Assembly (NCBI GenBank): GCA_040954595.2
Contig: CM082579.2
Location: 5,266,879 to 5,330,878, forward strand
Reading direction: 5' to 3'
Origin: Balanoglossus misakiensis
Lineage: Eukaryota > Animalia > Hemichordata
Length of the DNA: 64,000 nt
Position numbers and translations under genes: made by a program
In this document: one piece after another, positions 27,401-40,132 of the stretch
How positions within the stretch are numbered: the stretch's first letter is position 1
How the letters are laid out: the number at the start of each line of letters is the position of its first letter
Notes under the pieces: model-generated
The model's database searches: none
The model's input: the letters and a program-made list of their open reading frames with translations, nothing else
What the model was told of the DNA's origin: nothing

Positions 27401-27497
27401 TGCATCACACTGGACACTCACCTGAACTGACTAATGGCGATTTAAAACAAATGGCGGCGGCAAAGTAGACGAATAACAGGGCTGTGTGTCGAGACAT
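18434..27497 (-). CDS. Type I membrane mucin-like protein: signal peptide, WAP domain, Frizzled cysteine-rich domain, Ser/Thr/Pro stalk, SEA-like domain, TM helix, Pro-rich tail (~1180 aa)
   Basis: Coding exons (minus strand): 27422-27497 (MSRHTALLFVYFAAAICF, signal peptide); 26728-26886 (WAP, 8 Cys, CPD...CEEPCLSDSDCSGRQKCCPYSCGNTC); 25589-25972 (FZ-CRD, 10 Cys, CADITIPECLNVLPYNTT...PCRSLCLRLKNTC); probable micro-exon 22616-22651; 19410-21932 (mucin stalk, SEA-like KYKMILEGDC...CGSTVVEF, TM FIIYVLLATACGIGIIIAIAFCI); 18434-18795 (poly-Pro tail). All junctions are GT-AG and phase 1. An in-frame ATG at 39342 could add 13 aa at the N-terminus. Confidence 0.85.
20492..20655. repeat. Coding (GAT/GGT)n compound microsatellite encoding poly-Ser and poly-Pro in the mucin stalk
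   Basis: Runs of TCA and CCA codons on the minus strand: SPSSSPSSSSSS...PPPPPPPPPPPPSSSSSSSS. Confidence 0.9.
25589..25972 (-). CDS. Frizzled-type cysteine-rich domain exon
   Basis: CxxIxIPxC, LPYNTT, CxxxxPxC and PCRSLC motifs, 10 Cys. Phase 1-1 exon. Confidence 0.88.
26728..26886 (-). CDS. WAP (four-disulfide core) domain exon
   Basis: KTGICP...C...C..DSDCSGRQKCC...CG..C matches the WAP consensus (KxGxCP, CxxDxDC, KCCxxxCGxxC). Phase 1-1 exon. Confidence 0.9.
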
Positions 27498-30400
27498 CTT
27501 AGACGAGAAACCTGCAAGAAAACAGACAATTCAGGATTTATCGGTCTCTGCTGAGATCTAATGGATCTTGGTGTCTGGGGTCATTGCATATAGATTGTAC
27601 TCAATTGCCTGTTGAAATGTTCCCATGGCGATGAAACCAACAGTTTGGTTTGCTTGCTGTGGAAATACATATACATGTACAGTGATGTCTTAAAATTGAT
27701 TTTGTTAGGACATCTTCAACATAATTTAACTTAGTTCACGTTATATGCTGCATATAATTTTAATATAAGCTCTGAGAGCTATAATTTGACTTTTCAGACA
27801 TGAAAAGGCAGGATAGATACTTGGTTAAAACTCTGTACTGCAAAATACCTGACAACACAGCGCTAGAGAGTCCATTTTCTCACATCACTGGGACAATTGT
27901 ATGATTATATACTAGATCTTGGATAAACACATGCCGCTGACAAACATGTTGGGATAAACAGGCCACTTACAAGCATGTAATTTCAACAGGTTCCCCTCTT
28001 GACCTTTCCATGGGTGTGATCTCAGATCGATTTCAACTCTGCAATGTTAATACCGACTCTATGCTGTGAAAATGCCATGTCTCTTAATACTATCAGTACT
28101 CTTACTCAGTTACTGGAATTACTGCCGTGATTTCTCTACTGAAACGAACCATGTGCCTCCTCTGGAGATTCTCAACTTCTCCACAAGATCTTTCTTTTCA
28201 CAATTTGTTCTTTGAAAATACACTTTCGTAAAGAATATGCTCCTTCTTGAATATACTGGCTGTAAATCACTACTAAAGGCACTTTGTGGTGGTGGGGGGG
28301 GGGGATGTATACCATTAGAGGAGAACTGAAGAGGCAAAATTAGTCAACTTATGGAATCATTTATATTTGCCAAGGAACTAATTTAATTGGTGAAGAACTG
28401 AAACATGAAGCTGTGATATGTACTTGACCTTATTCTGTTTGTTTTTACAGACTTTGGCCAACTTGGACACAACCACCTCTTGCTGATGAAGAATGCACTG
28501 TTTACACCCCCATGGTGTACATGTATACTGTGGCCTGTAAGGTCACTTCAGCACCTAAACATGCAAGGACTTCCAGTGTTGACCCTCTGCATCTGGGATC
28601 GCAGATGTCCAGCTATATTTGTACCACCAATATTAAAACAAGTGTTGCCTGTTATATGGGGTGCGTACAGCAATAAATCAAAATCCGTTTGCAAAAAAGA
28701 TGGGCCTCTAGCAAACTCTAGTTGTTAAAGTTTCAAAAAACTCTCATATTGTGCTTTCAATCCTTCTTCAGTATCAGTTTAGTTGACTTTATTTTGTCTC
28801 AGCCCTCACATCTTTCTGTACCCGCAGTGTTTGTACTAGGTTTGGGCAGTTTTCATAACAGTAGAGAATAAGTCGTGAAATATACAAGAACAAACCCAGG
28901 GAAAGGAAACATATATGCCAGGGTTTCCTGTTTTTAAATGGATTAACAGACAGTTCTGGCATCTATATATCCTGGAGCAGGAAGTCTAGTCTGAACACTG
29001 TTTATTTGTACTAGGGTCTATATTCACTACAAGAAAATTTATAATGTGAATCCATGTTTATTCAATTGAATTACAGTGACTGCGTTTTTTTACTAGATTG
29101 AAACACTAGTACTTCTTGCCTTGTTTTTCTGCAAAGATGAGCTTGCAACCTATATTTTATTGGTTCATTTCCCAAAGAAAAAATTAGGGTGCACGCGAAC
29201 AATAACTGTCAATGAATAAGTGTCACAATTTGTGCGGTATTTTTCAGCCAAAATGTGTGACCAATTGGCCCTAGGGGGCATCTATCCATGAGGGTGACTG
29301 AACATTTTCCCAGAGTTTAAGGTGGCGGCCAACAGTCTCCAAGCTGAGCACACAGGCATCATATTCAAACCGTAAATGTCATATTCCGGCAGCTTATAAT
29401 CTTTTATTACATACTTCTGTGGAGATCAAAGGCTGAAGTAGGATATCAAGTTAAAAGTCGGCATCCTTTCTCCCGCCTAAAATAAAGATGCCATTACCAT
29501 CTCTACACGTATCCAAATTTACAAAATGTATCCCCACCATGCAAACTGATCAGCTTTTGTCCAGGGACGGAAAGAGCTGACTTCTGCAGACATGGTTAGG
29601 GCATACATGAATGCAACTCTTCGGGCATTAAGTTAAGTTGTTTTATCAAATGATTGTTTTTCCAACCAATGTATATTCATTTGTGACCCCGGGTTGTACA
29701 AAGTTTAACCAGGAATTCAATTGGCACCAATCACTTTTACTTTTCAACAATAACAATCATAATTTATGACCTTGTTTTCAGCTCAAATGTGATCTCTGTA
29801 ACTTCGTTTGTATTGTGTTGGAGAAAAAGTGTGAATAAAATCAGGGTGACACCCTTTAAATACAAGAAGTTGTTGACTTGAAAGTAAAGTCCAGTGAAAA
29901 TAAAGTAGTCCGTAAGTAATTTATGGACATCACACAGTGTGTATACTCTCTGCCAGCTACTGGTGCGTAAATTCCATCACTCAAAAGGGCGTTGTTCAAA
30001 CTCACAGCAATTACTAGTTTTAGTTGGAACCACAGATGTCACGAGATGTGACCTGAACTGACACAGGGAAAGAATTTGGGGCAGGAATATTTTCAGTGTG
30101 AAGTTCCAAGGTTTCAAAACTAGTTATTGTCAATGACACAGTCCCTCCTCAGTGGTCTTATCGAGTATAAAGAAAATGTTGGCAGGAATCGTGGTGGAGA
30201 GAAATCAGTTGAGGCTTCTCTGTTGAATGTAAATCGTACAATGTACTCTGTGAAAATGTTACTATCGCCACACAAGGCCAGATTGACTGCAAGCATATCG
30301 ACCCTAGATAACTCCAGTCTACAGTCGATGACAACACAGCTGGTCTTGTCATTGAATACAGCATGCACACAGTCACCAAGTGTTGCAAGTGACGAGTGTA

Positions 30401-33400
30401 CATGTGCAAACCATCAGTTTCTTCTCCACACAGCTGCATGCTCATAACTTGGTCTCTTATTCTCTGACTGCACTGACTGATTGACTGACCAATATTAATT
30501 TCCCAGCAATGCTGTACACATTTACAACATAAATACCACTTTGCGATTTAAAACCTTGACCCATAGCACACATGCAGTTCTCACGCATAATAAACATTTC
30601 AATTTTATCCTATATATATCTAGTGACATTGAACTTCATTGAACCAGCTGATGTATTTGCCTAGATACATGTATGTGTACCGGTACATGTACTAGGCAGC
30701 AGTTTAAACTTTTTCAGTAATAAAATTGCAAAAACTCAAACTTGTGGATATGTTTCAGAATGATTCCCCACCTACATCTACTGGGTATTAGCTCATAGTG
30801 GAATGATATTTACTCCCAAACTGAGCAACTAGTCAAAAGTCTCTTTAATCAAAGATTAAGCAGACTGTGACTGAATCAATTTTCCGGGACATTTTCCAGA
30901 CTGGCAAAATTGAATCTCCAAGGAATTCCCAAGACTGGTTTTAAAATTCCAACCCGGATTTTCCAGGATTAGCTGAAATATTTCTGCATTTTCCAAGGCT
31001 GACGGAAAGTTAACACTATCATATTGGGTCTGCAGGCATCATATGTACACTATAGGTCTCGAAGCTTTCTTAGCAGGTGAAGACAGTTTATCGAGTGCTA
31101 TTCTTCTTCCCCAGACACAGCTGGTGTCCTGGTTTATATCTTGGAAACTCTGACAACGAACACTGAGACATGCACATGTTCAAGTGTTATAAGATACCAA
31201 CCTCCCCTTTAAACAGATGAACATAACATACATTGTACATGTTTGTCTGACACATTTCTGCATCAGTTTGGAACCTACTTGATTTTTAACACAAAGTTCT
31301 GATGATCATTTTTACACTGCAACAGTGCCAGATAATGTAATTAATCATTATGATGTCATTTTGATGTCTCGCATTTCATGTGGTCACGTCTCAAATGAGT
31401 TCCTTTGCACAGAATGGACATGCCCCGATGTAAAGATATCTGGGGTCAACACAATGTGTTCCAACCTGGCTTGTTGCAAAATGTGATAGAGACAGCAAAT
31501 GGCATGTCAAATGATCTTAACTTGTGGTCAATAAAATTTGAAGTTGTGGGGGTTATATAGCGCTACGATTGACAGAGGCATTTCTCAAAACTTGTACGTG
31601 TTTTGCCACCTCATTGTGGAATTTTGTATTTTCTGTACAACATACAAAATTCATGATGTGAACACATTTCCCTGATAAAGCTACCATGAAATGTAGGCGA
31701 AATGATGATCAACAGTGAACTTGGTAAAACGATGAGTATAGTAAGTCAGATGATAATTAAGATGAGATCTGATGATACCTCAGTGCCAATTATTGGTTCA
31801 GAGACGGATAAATTTGGAGAGCTAACACAGGGACTGATTGATGAAGAAGTAAGAATCTGCTAGCATGGAATACTGTTACACTGTATCATGACATTTCACC
31901 GAGGCCTACAGCGTGCTCCCTTCTCCCACAAAGATGATGCCATTCCTATTCCCAGCGTCTGCGGTATGCCGAATGATCGCTCAATATATTCCGCATATTA
32001 ACTTTCGGGGAGACCTTGATGGTATTCCACATGCACTTGGGAATTGTTGAGAGTGGATCGCGTACAGGTTCCAATGGGATGGGAACAAAACGGGAACAAC
32101 TCAATGATGGAAAATCAACCTACCGGAAACGAGCCTGCCAGTGGAACTGCTCCACAACACGGAACTCGTAAATCTGGATCCAGAGAGGACTTGAAGTTTA
32201 GCCTTGTCGTGGGATTCCTTCGTCGGTCATGGAGGTTTACGTCAAGCGATCGCCGGGCCCGCTTGCTTGCTCTATGTCATACTGTGGCAAGACCTGGAAA
32301 ATAAAATATACACTATCAAATGTCAGTTTATATTCTTAGGAGAGTCTTCGGGGCCACTCACTTCTGCAGGGGTGGTATATCCAACCAAGCTATGTCAACG
32401 CATAATCCGGTCACATTATTTCACATAACCATGCAGCCAACCTGGACAAATCTGCTTTGAACTGGAACTTGATAATCAGCTTTTCACTTTCAAAGACCCA
32501 TTACTTCCAATTTTGTTCCGCTATTAAAAAAGCCATCTACCCTAATCAATATCGCCTTCCTAGAGCAATATGGAACAGTCCAGAATGCCATAGGCTGGCT
32601 CAGAACTCCTGCTGTGGTTGATATACAGAAGTTGAGATTTCAGACCCCCTTTTGAAAGTCTCTCCTGCAGTTAATTTTGTCGGTCGGTGGTGATTTTACC
32701 GGACTATGCATTTTTGGGGAGCTTGGATTTGATTGCCTTGCATGCTACCAGAATATGATACACCAACATCTCTATTCAATTAATTCTGCATTGACCTTAG
32801 TTGACCTTAATACTTGACTCAGAAGTAGGACTCCCCACAAGCCCAAACTGCTACAAAGACAGTTGTGTATGTACATAACACAACAGCAAAATCAGATGAG
32901 ATGTTCAACCTTGTACTGCAGTCAAGTGTTTCTTACAGCATTTGTAGCTTGACAACTTTGATCCTTCTTTGTATATAATGGTTAAAGGGCAACTATCTGT
33001 AACTTCTGGCTATTTACTTTTTTGTATCAAATACAGTTTCTTGTTCTCCTCTCTGAGTATCCCACAATGCTCAGCTCTCTGCTCATCAACTTCCATCGTT
33101 CATGATCTGGTGCTCAATTAACAGATGAGCAAATTGGTTAATGAGTTATGTATGTCCTTTGTTCTCCATTGGAATTTTTTATCTTATAAATCTATTGAAC
33201 AATATAAACTGAACATTAATTTATTCATGTTCAATATAAATTAAGTTATCAAGTTGATTTTTGAGAGTACCGTACATGTAATACCTTTCATCTGTAGCAG
33301 TGCCAGTCGGGCACGATGTTAATCCCCTTTTTTAATATCATGATGTTTATAATTTACAGAGACTGTCATTCCTTGTAAAAAGTATTTCAATAAAAGAAGT

Positions 33401-36400
33401 ACCATTAAATTTTGATGATTACGTCACTATTTTGTTCTGTACATGACAGTCAGCAGTCGCTCACACCTTCTTTGTCTAAATTAGTTGTGCAGGTACTATC
33501 ATTACTGGATGAATGTCACAGCAGAGAACCAAAGGCACCACATCAATCTATACAGAAACAATTTAGAAACAGTTATTGCAAAACGACGGCCAAAACGGCA
33601 TTGACAGACTAAAACTTGACTTGTTGGAGCTGAAACACAACTCCTTTGAGAAAACTTGAGTATGTTGGTTTGCTTTTCTGGATAAAAATCAACTTGCCTA
33701 ATGATATATTTATTGTGTTTAATTGGAAACTTAATAGTGTTTATTTAGCTACTCAGTATGCCTTTAATATATTGACTTTGGGTCAATAAACTGTTTACAT
33801 ATACTTGTATTACATGGTAAAGGGTCCATAATCACAGAGTCACTCTACCATGTGTGATAAAAGGGGACTGTGTTATGCTGTGTACAACCACAATTTCATA
33901 ATTGAAGACAGACTTAGGAAGGTGGTCTAGATCTATCCCACACGTTTTCTTGCATTGGAAAAGCAAAATAATGGTGGCCTCTAGCAGCTAAGAGAACGCA
34001 GGATAGCTTTTAGAGTAAACAAAGGTTTCTCCTCCACAAATTGAAACAAATTTCACTGTTGAAGGCACTAATAGATGTGAATTACCTCAAGAGTTATAAC
34101 AAGAACATATGAAGACAACAAAGAGCCCCCAGGGGTGTCGAAATTGCACAAAATGCAGTAATGTGTGGATGTACGACTATAGCCACTGCAGGGATCAGAT
34201 TTATCTAAAACTGCATCCTCCCTGAAGCATGACACAGATTTTATTAATGCATCAATGCATGACACTAAATTGCTAATTGAAACACAGAGATTAGCCCTAA
34301 GATTATAATTGGTCAGGATGTGCTGAAAGCTACATCAGTGCTGCATGTACATGTACATGTGTGTCTTAATTAAAATGCACTGTGTAGGAATAATCTGATT
34401 GAACAGTGTCGAAATTTAATCAAATAAATCTACTTTCAGGGAATGCATGTATAAAATTATCTCCTTCAGTTATATACAATACAGTCAAACAATATTTAGA
34501 TTTTCATTTGTAAAACTTTTTTCTAAATAATTCTTGGGAGAAGTAATAAATAGATGAATGTAAATTTATAAATTTTAATAAAAGGATTACTTCAACTAAA
34601 CATCAGTGGGTGTATGTTAGGTTACATTTTTTTTCAAACATCTCGTTTTTACAGTATATTATTCTTTATCGCTTTCAGCCAGTGAAAACCTACAAGCAGT
34701 ACAACAATATGTCAATAGATGTGACGTTCTGACTGTGACAATCTGAAAGTACATGTATACCCTTTAGCGCTGATGATGGTGCTATCTTCTCTGACTACAA
34801 GGACATTCAAGTAATCTCTCCTCCAAGGACTGGATCCTTTGATTGAACCGATGTGAGAATTTACAGCGTAGTTCATGAGAGGGGGAATTTTCCTTTCGTT
34901 AAAATAAGGCGAACTAGCGTGCACAAACCTTAGCTTGGATCAACATCTTCATCTTATAAGCAGTACTACTGAAGAAACAGAAAATGTTAGATGCACTATG
35001 GATGAGTACATCTCACGTTACTGATATTTTACTTCACCAAATGAATTTCACTCTTCCAGGCTTGCGTATCCTAGCAACCGTTTTCAACAACTTGCTGGTA
35101 CATGTACTAGTGATGCACACGCCTATATTTAGATATACTCTGTAACATGAACTTCACACATTACACGATGAAATGAATCTCCATGGCCCTTGAAAGATTC
35201 CATTATTTTGGATGTTACCATGACAATAACTATGTCATACTTGTAGTTTCGATCACGTTTAGTAGCAAAATTGCATTTGCTTTGATAACGTGGCGAGGGT
35301 GGCATAACAAGGAGAGGATGACAATGATGTCACATTATGAAATAGGATTGAGTCGTAAATACTCGTAAACTAGAACACTCTTTTTTTTTTAAATAGTCAT
35401 GAAAAATGATGGATAACACCTCAGCAATTATGTTTCAGACAGACAAATATTATTTCAAGTGAAATTAAGAAAAACATGATTGAAAAGATGGATGGAAAAT
35501 ATTGTTTGTAACAAAAAAACTAGCATATATAATGTAGAAAATCTGATATAATATAAATGAATAATTAAATATTTATGAATTGAAATCATGAAAGTCAGTA
35601 TAAGACTTGGGGGACGCCGTTTGGAAAACGATTCAATTAATAATAGGAAAAACCCGGCCACCCACATACATCTCGTTAGCAGGATAACCTTAAATGAGGT
35701 TTCTAGTAGCTATGAGTACAATTGAACTAAAATTATCTCAATGAAGAAATATGTTTCGGATGTTTCTTTGCGAAGTAATTAGCTGCAATGTCTACAGAAT
35801 GTTCTTTTGGGAACTTTTCATTATGTAATGTTGATAGCATGTGCACATATTATACCTTTATACATGATTGAATATGAGAAAGGGCCATTAATTCTATTTT
35901 ATCTTTCTCGTTATGATGATTGCAAAGGCAATCTCAGAGTTTCAGTCCTGACGTGTATTAAGAGGCATTTAGAACAGAGCCACGTCACAGGATTACAAGC
36001 CTAAATGGATGGGCAATTTCACAAATTACCACAGAATCTCATATTAGTGTTAAATAAAAATTTTCCATGATGAGTTCTGAAATGAACTTTCCATTAATAA
36101 TAACTGCAAAGTGGAAGAAAGAATGATGACTTAATCTGACCCTGGTTAGATTATAGGACACGTCGTCATGGTGACAAGTTGATGCAGCGGTTTAGTCATT
36201 TTACAGTGACCTGCAGGTTGATGGGACGTTGCGCTAACACCTTGATATATAAATAATGCAGAGACTGAGATAGAAATGAAAAACAGGGCAAAAGGAAATC
36301 AATTATTGAGGAGTGATAAGAAGTGAATGTTAGGAAGAAAATCAGAAAAATCTCATCCAATGTAAATACTCTTCCTGTTGTCCAGGACTGTTTAATCAAC

Positions 36401-39317
36401 CAACATTTCTCCAAATCTAAAGAATCCTTTTTTCCACAGGTTATTGAGAAATTCATTAAACTCACCATTTTTGAACGTCTTTTCAATTACATGCATGCAA
36501 AGTCAATAAAATGAGTTGTAATCTGAATGCAAATTTCTTGAAGTCACATGTTCTGGATGTGATGTCACCAACAACTTATACTACATTACTGTGCCCAAAA
36601 CATACAAAATATGGTGTCTGGATAATTTCCTGGGAAGGAAATAATTTCTGTAAATTGATAAGCCAATAAAATCCCTATTACATAGTACTCAAGTCAATAT
36701 AATTTTTCAAACGTTTATCCATTCTTACTTCCTAAGATGGCAAAAATACTCTTTTCTACATTTTTAATACGTTTTTCATTTAGTCTCACTCTAAGCTCAG
36801 TAACTGCACTGATTTCATAGGTGTTGACCTATTACAAATGCCTCCATTGATCTATTTAATGACTTCCTGTTCATTCAACACAATTATTAAGAATCAAACA
36901 CCACGTCTTTGCCATGTAAACCCACTTTCTTTACATCATGAATATCAACCTATTGATTTTTTCTCTCAGCTGAAGCTACAGCAATATTGTTTTATCAACA
37001 TTGTTTACAATGTGTCTGGGGAACTTGGGTAAATCCATCATTCAATCTCATCCACATTTGATTGAGCCAAATACCTACTTATGCTGATAATCCTATCTGA
37101 CTGATAGTACTCAACTTGACTTGACCTATTAACGCTGTATATTTTTCAAACGATATCCAAATGTATCATTATAGTTTTCAAAATGCATTTATCATATCAA
37201 TAAATAAATAAATAAATAAACTAACTAATTATGTGAGCCAAATACTAGTATGTTACATTAAATAATTTCAAACTACATGCATCAAAATTAATGGTGCAGA
37301 ACCCAGGCTCCTATTTCATGAGTTAAACTAACCTTCGGAAATAAGCTGTCACTAACAGACTGCCGTTAATCTCATATCTTTTTGTCTCCGAATCTCTCTC
37401 AATGACAGTAGGGACTCATTATCTAGATCTGGGTAATACAAAGCGGAGAGGCCATCGATTTGACTATGAATGATTGAATCCAGAGCAGAGTATATGCTTG
37501 TTGAAGGCCAGAAGTTGTAGACAGATCACGCAATACATCTTACTGAAACATGAAAAATTGCGTTGGCTCTAGCATTGACAACTAAAAATCTGACAAACAC
37601 TCAGCCAATTAAGTGCTGTGTCTCTGCATCTCTCAATAATAACTCGGTCAACTCACGGTTCACTTCACAACCTACACAATGTGCTTTGTGTCCGATTTTC
37701 ACTGATGACAATCCACTCCATCCTAAACAAACAGTGACATCCAATCTTTGCCATTTGAAGCATATGCATCTGACAGACTACAACACATATTACCATATCA
37801 ATGTAACTCAATTAATCCCAGAAAGAAAGAGTTGTCTTAATCTAATTTTCGCTCAGCATTCATTGATCCAGCTAAAAACAAGCTGCTCTTTTGTTGGCTA
37901 CAGCTATTTACAGTGGATTTCTGAAGTAAAAATAATTTCATGTTTTTTTTTTAAATTTCTATGTGGTTAAATTTGTTTCTTAAAGCAGACACACATATTT
38001 CAATGGTTGCTATGTAATATAAGCTAAGAACGCATACATAGAAGAAAAATGATAACCACATGATCAAACAAACTAAGACAACAGCACTGTAGTTTAAGCA
38101 AAAATAAATGATAGACGACTCACTGCTGAATGTGTATATAAATCTTTCCCGTGGGTTACATCTCAGTGTGAAGTGACCCGATCAATCAATGTGTATATGC
38201 AACACCGTTTGGAACTTGACAGTGTTTCTGCTGGACTGCCTGTGTTCCAATCAATGTCATCACAGTATACTCTCTTGTCAACACCGATTCACTCACCTCA
38301 AGAAGACGACTCCCTTGCCTGCGCAACACAGTTACCATGGATACGGTGTATCCATGTCCTCTACGATATCAGAGTCGGTGGTACACATATCCTGACGTGT
38401 TTTTTTTTCAATTCAGCATCTTATCGGATGCCTGAAACATATCAGAATTATCAAGAGCACGGCTGTTAAAAAGGATACCCCAAGTGAAGTGTTGTGTAAC
38501 TGGCTCCTGTGATTTTTTCTATGATAACACAAAAGATGACAATCAATATAGACTGCTGTTAAAAATAGCATCAACCATTATGAACACAGGGGGTTGCAGG
38601 ATACTAACTGCTCAAATGATTTACATAATCTGTCAATTTTGCAATTCACACTCTAAGTGGATCGAATGTAATAGAATATTATGAAACAGCTTGGCTTCAC
38701 CCCTAGGCATATAGAAATTCCAGTCAAACTTAAAGAGTATAGGAAATAGTATAGATGAAAATATTGGGCTGATGACAGTTCAACCTTACTTTTGATTATG
38801 TCTTTTTTTCCATAAAATCATGATAAGCAAAGAAGTTGATAAAATGGAGAAAAGCGGAAATACTCTTCAAACACAAGCAAGCTCAGCTAGCTCCGACTGT
38901 TCGACGATTTTTAAAACAGAAGCGTTTTATACAGTAGTGCAGGATAGTGGTTTACATCATCATTCATGTAAAGTGTACAAACGCTACTTGACTTCTCCCG
39001 GGAATTTCACACCTAATTTGGATTTTCATCGGGTTTAATAGTTCCCTACTACATTTCAGTCGGCTAGGAAGCTCGGCTGAACGAAAATGCCCTTTTAAAT
39101 GGACCAGCTGACGGGCAACGTGCGCGTGCATGTCTTCTGTAATATGCATCACTGTTCAAGTTGTGCCATTGATGATGCGAACTTGTCAGTCGATCCATCG
39201 ATCGATTAAAACGCCAGTCGAGAGGACTGGCCAAAGACTATTGAAGCGACGGCATCTCCGATATTTTCATGTTTACCTAGATGCACTCTTTTGAAATACT
39301 AGCACCTTTTTCCTTAC

Positions 39318-39480
39318 CTTTTATCGGTGGAAGTGAGAGCATCACTCGACCTCTCCATCATTCAGTAAAGACGTCGTCTGCAGATCTCCAAAGATGCGCA
39401 AACCGACAAAGTTGAGAGGTCAGGGCGCAGGATGATGAGGATCATGGTGATGATGCGATGGTGGCGGTGTGGCACGTGGG
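39318..39480 (-). other. Probable first exon (5' leader) of the WAP/FZ/mucin gene
   Basis: CpG-rich segment ending in a strong donor AAG|GTAAGG at 39317, at the upstream edge of the CpG-depleted domain covering the gene. ATG at 39342 splices in frame to the 27511 exon. The 5' end is approximate. Confidence 0.55.
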
Positions 39481-40132
39481 GGTATGGTTTACAACGACTT
39501 CAAAACGACAGAAGAGGGCGGTAGTCAAACATAGACAGTAATAACCAACCAATGGCAAATATATATTCTGATTTCCCGTTCAGATGTTAATATATTTTGA
39601 AAGCTGCATAAACCGTAAAAAAAAATACATGAAAATGTGTCACAAGGTAGGCCTAGGCCTATATTTAGGGACTTACTTGTTAGCTTACTGAAATAGTAAC
39701 TGAATATTTCTGCGTTATTGTATGAAATATTTCATTTATTAATATACAACAAAATCAACGGCTTTCACCGGTAGGCCTACTTGATTTATTTTAAAATAAA
39801 AACAGCAAGAAAGAAAATGTCAAAATATAATCCTAACAAGACTCATAGAGTAAATATTTAATCTTAATTAATGAAACCAGGGTCTGGTAGCATGCTAGCT
39901 GCAGTTCAGTAGCTCGAGGATTTGCCTTGGTCTGGTTTTACAGTCCAAAACACATGAGTATGCATGCCGAACAACACTTATTGGCCGGAGTTCTATACAA
40001 TATAAAGGTTAAATATCAAAATATGATTCTTTGCTGGATGTTTAGGCCTACATAAAAACCCCATCGCTTAAAAACGAACTAAAAATTATTGACAAAAAAT
40101 TAAATTGCGGGGTCTCTCGGCCTTTGTCCCGT

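Noticed and set aside
31702-31772. Box C/D snoRNA candidate (ATGATGA...CTGA)
   Set aside because: No terminal stem and no convincing rRNA-complementary guide.
32120-32293. Selenocysteine or antizyme-like readthrough of a single TGA in one frame
   Set aside because: No UCC-UGA shift site or SECIS-like element is evident, and the downstream peptide is unrecognisable.
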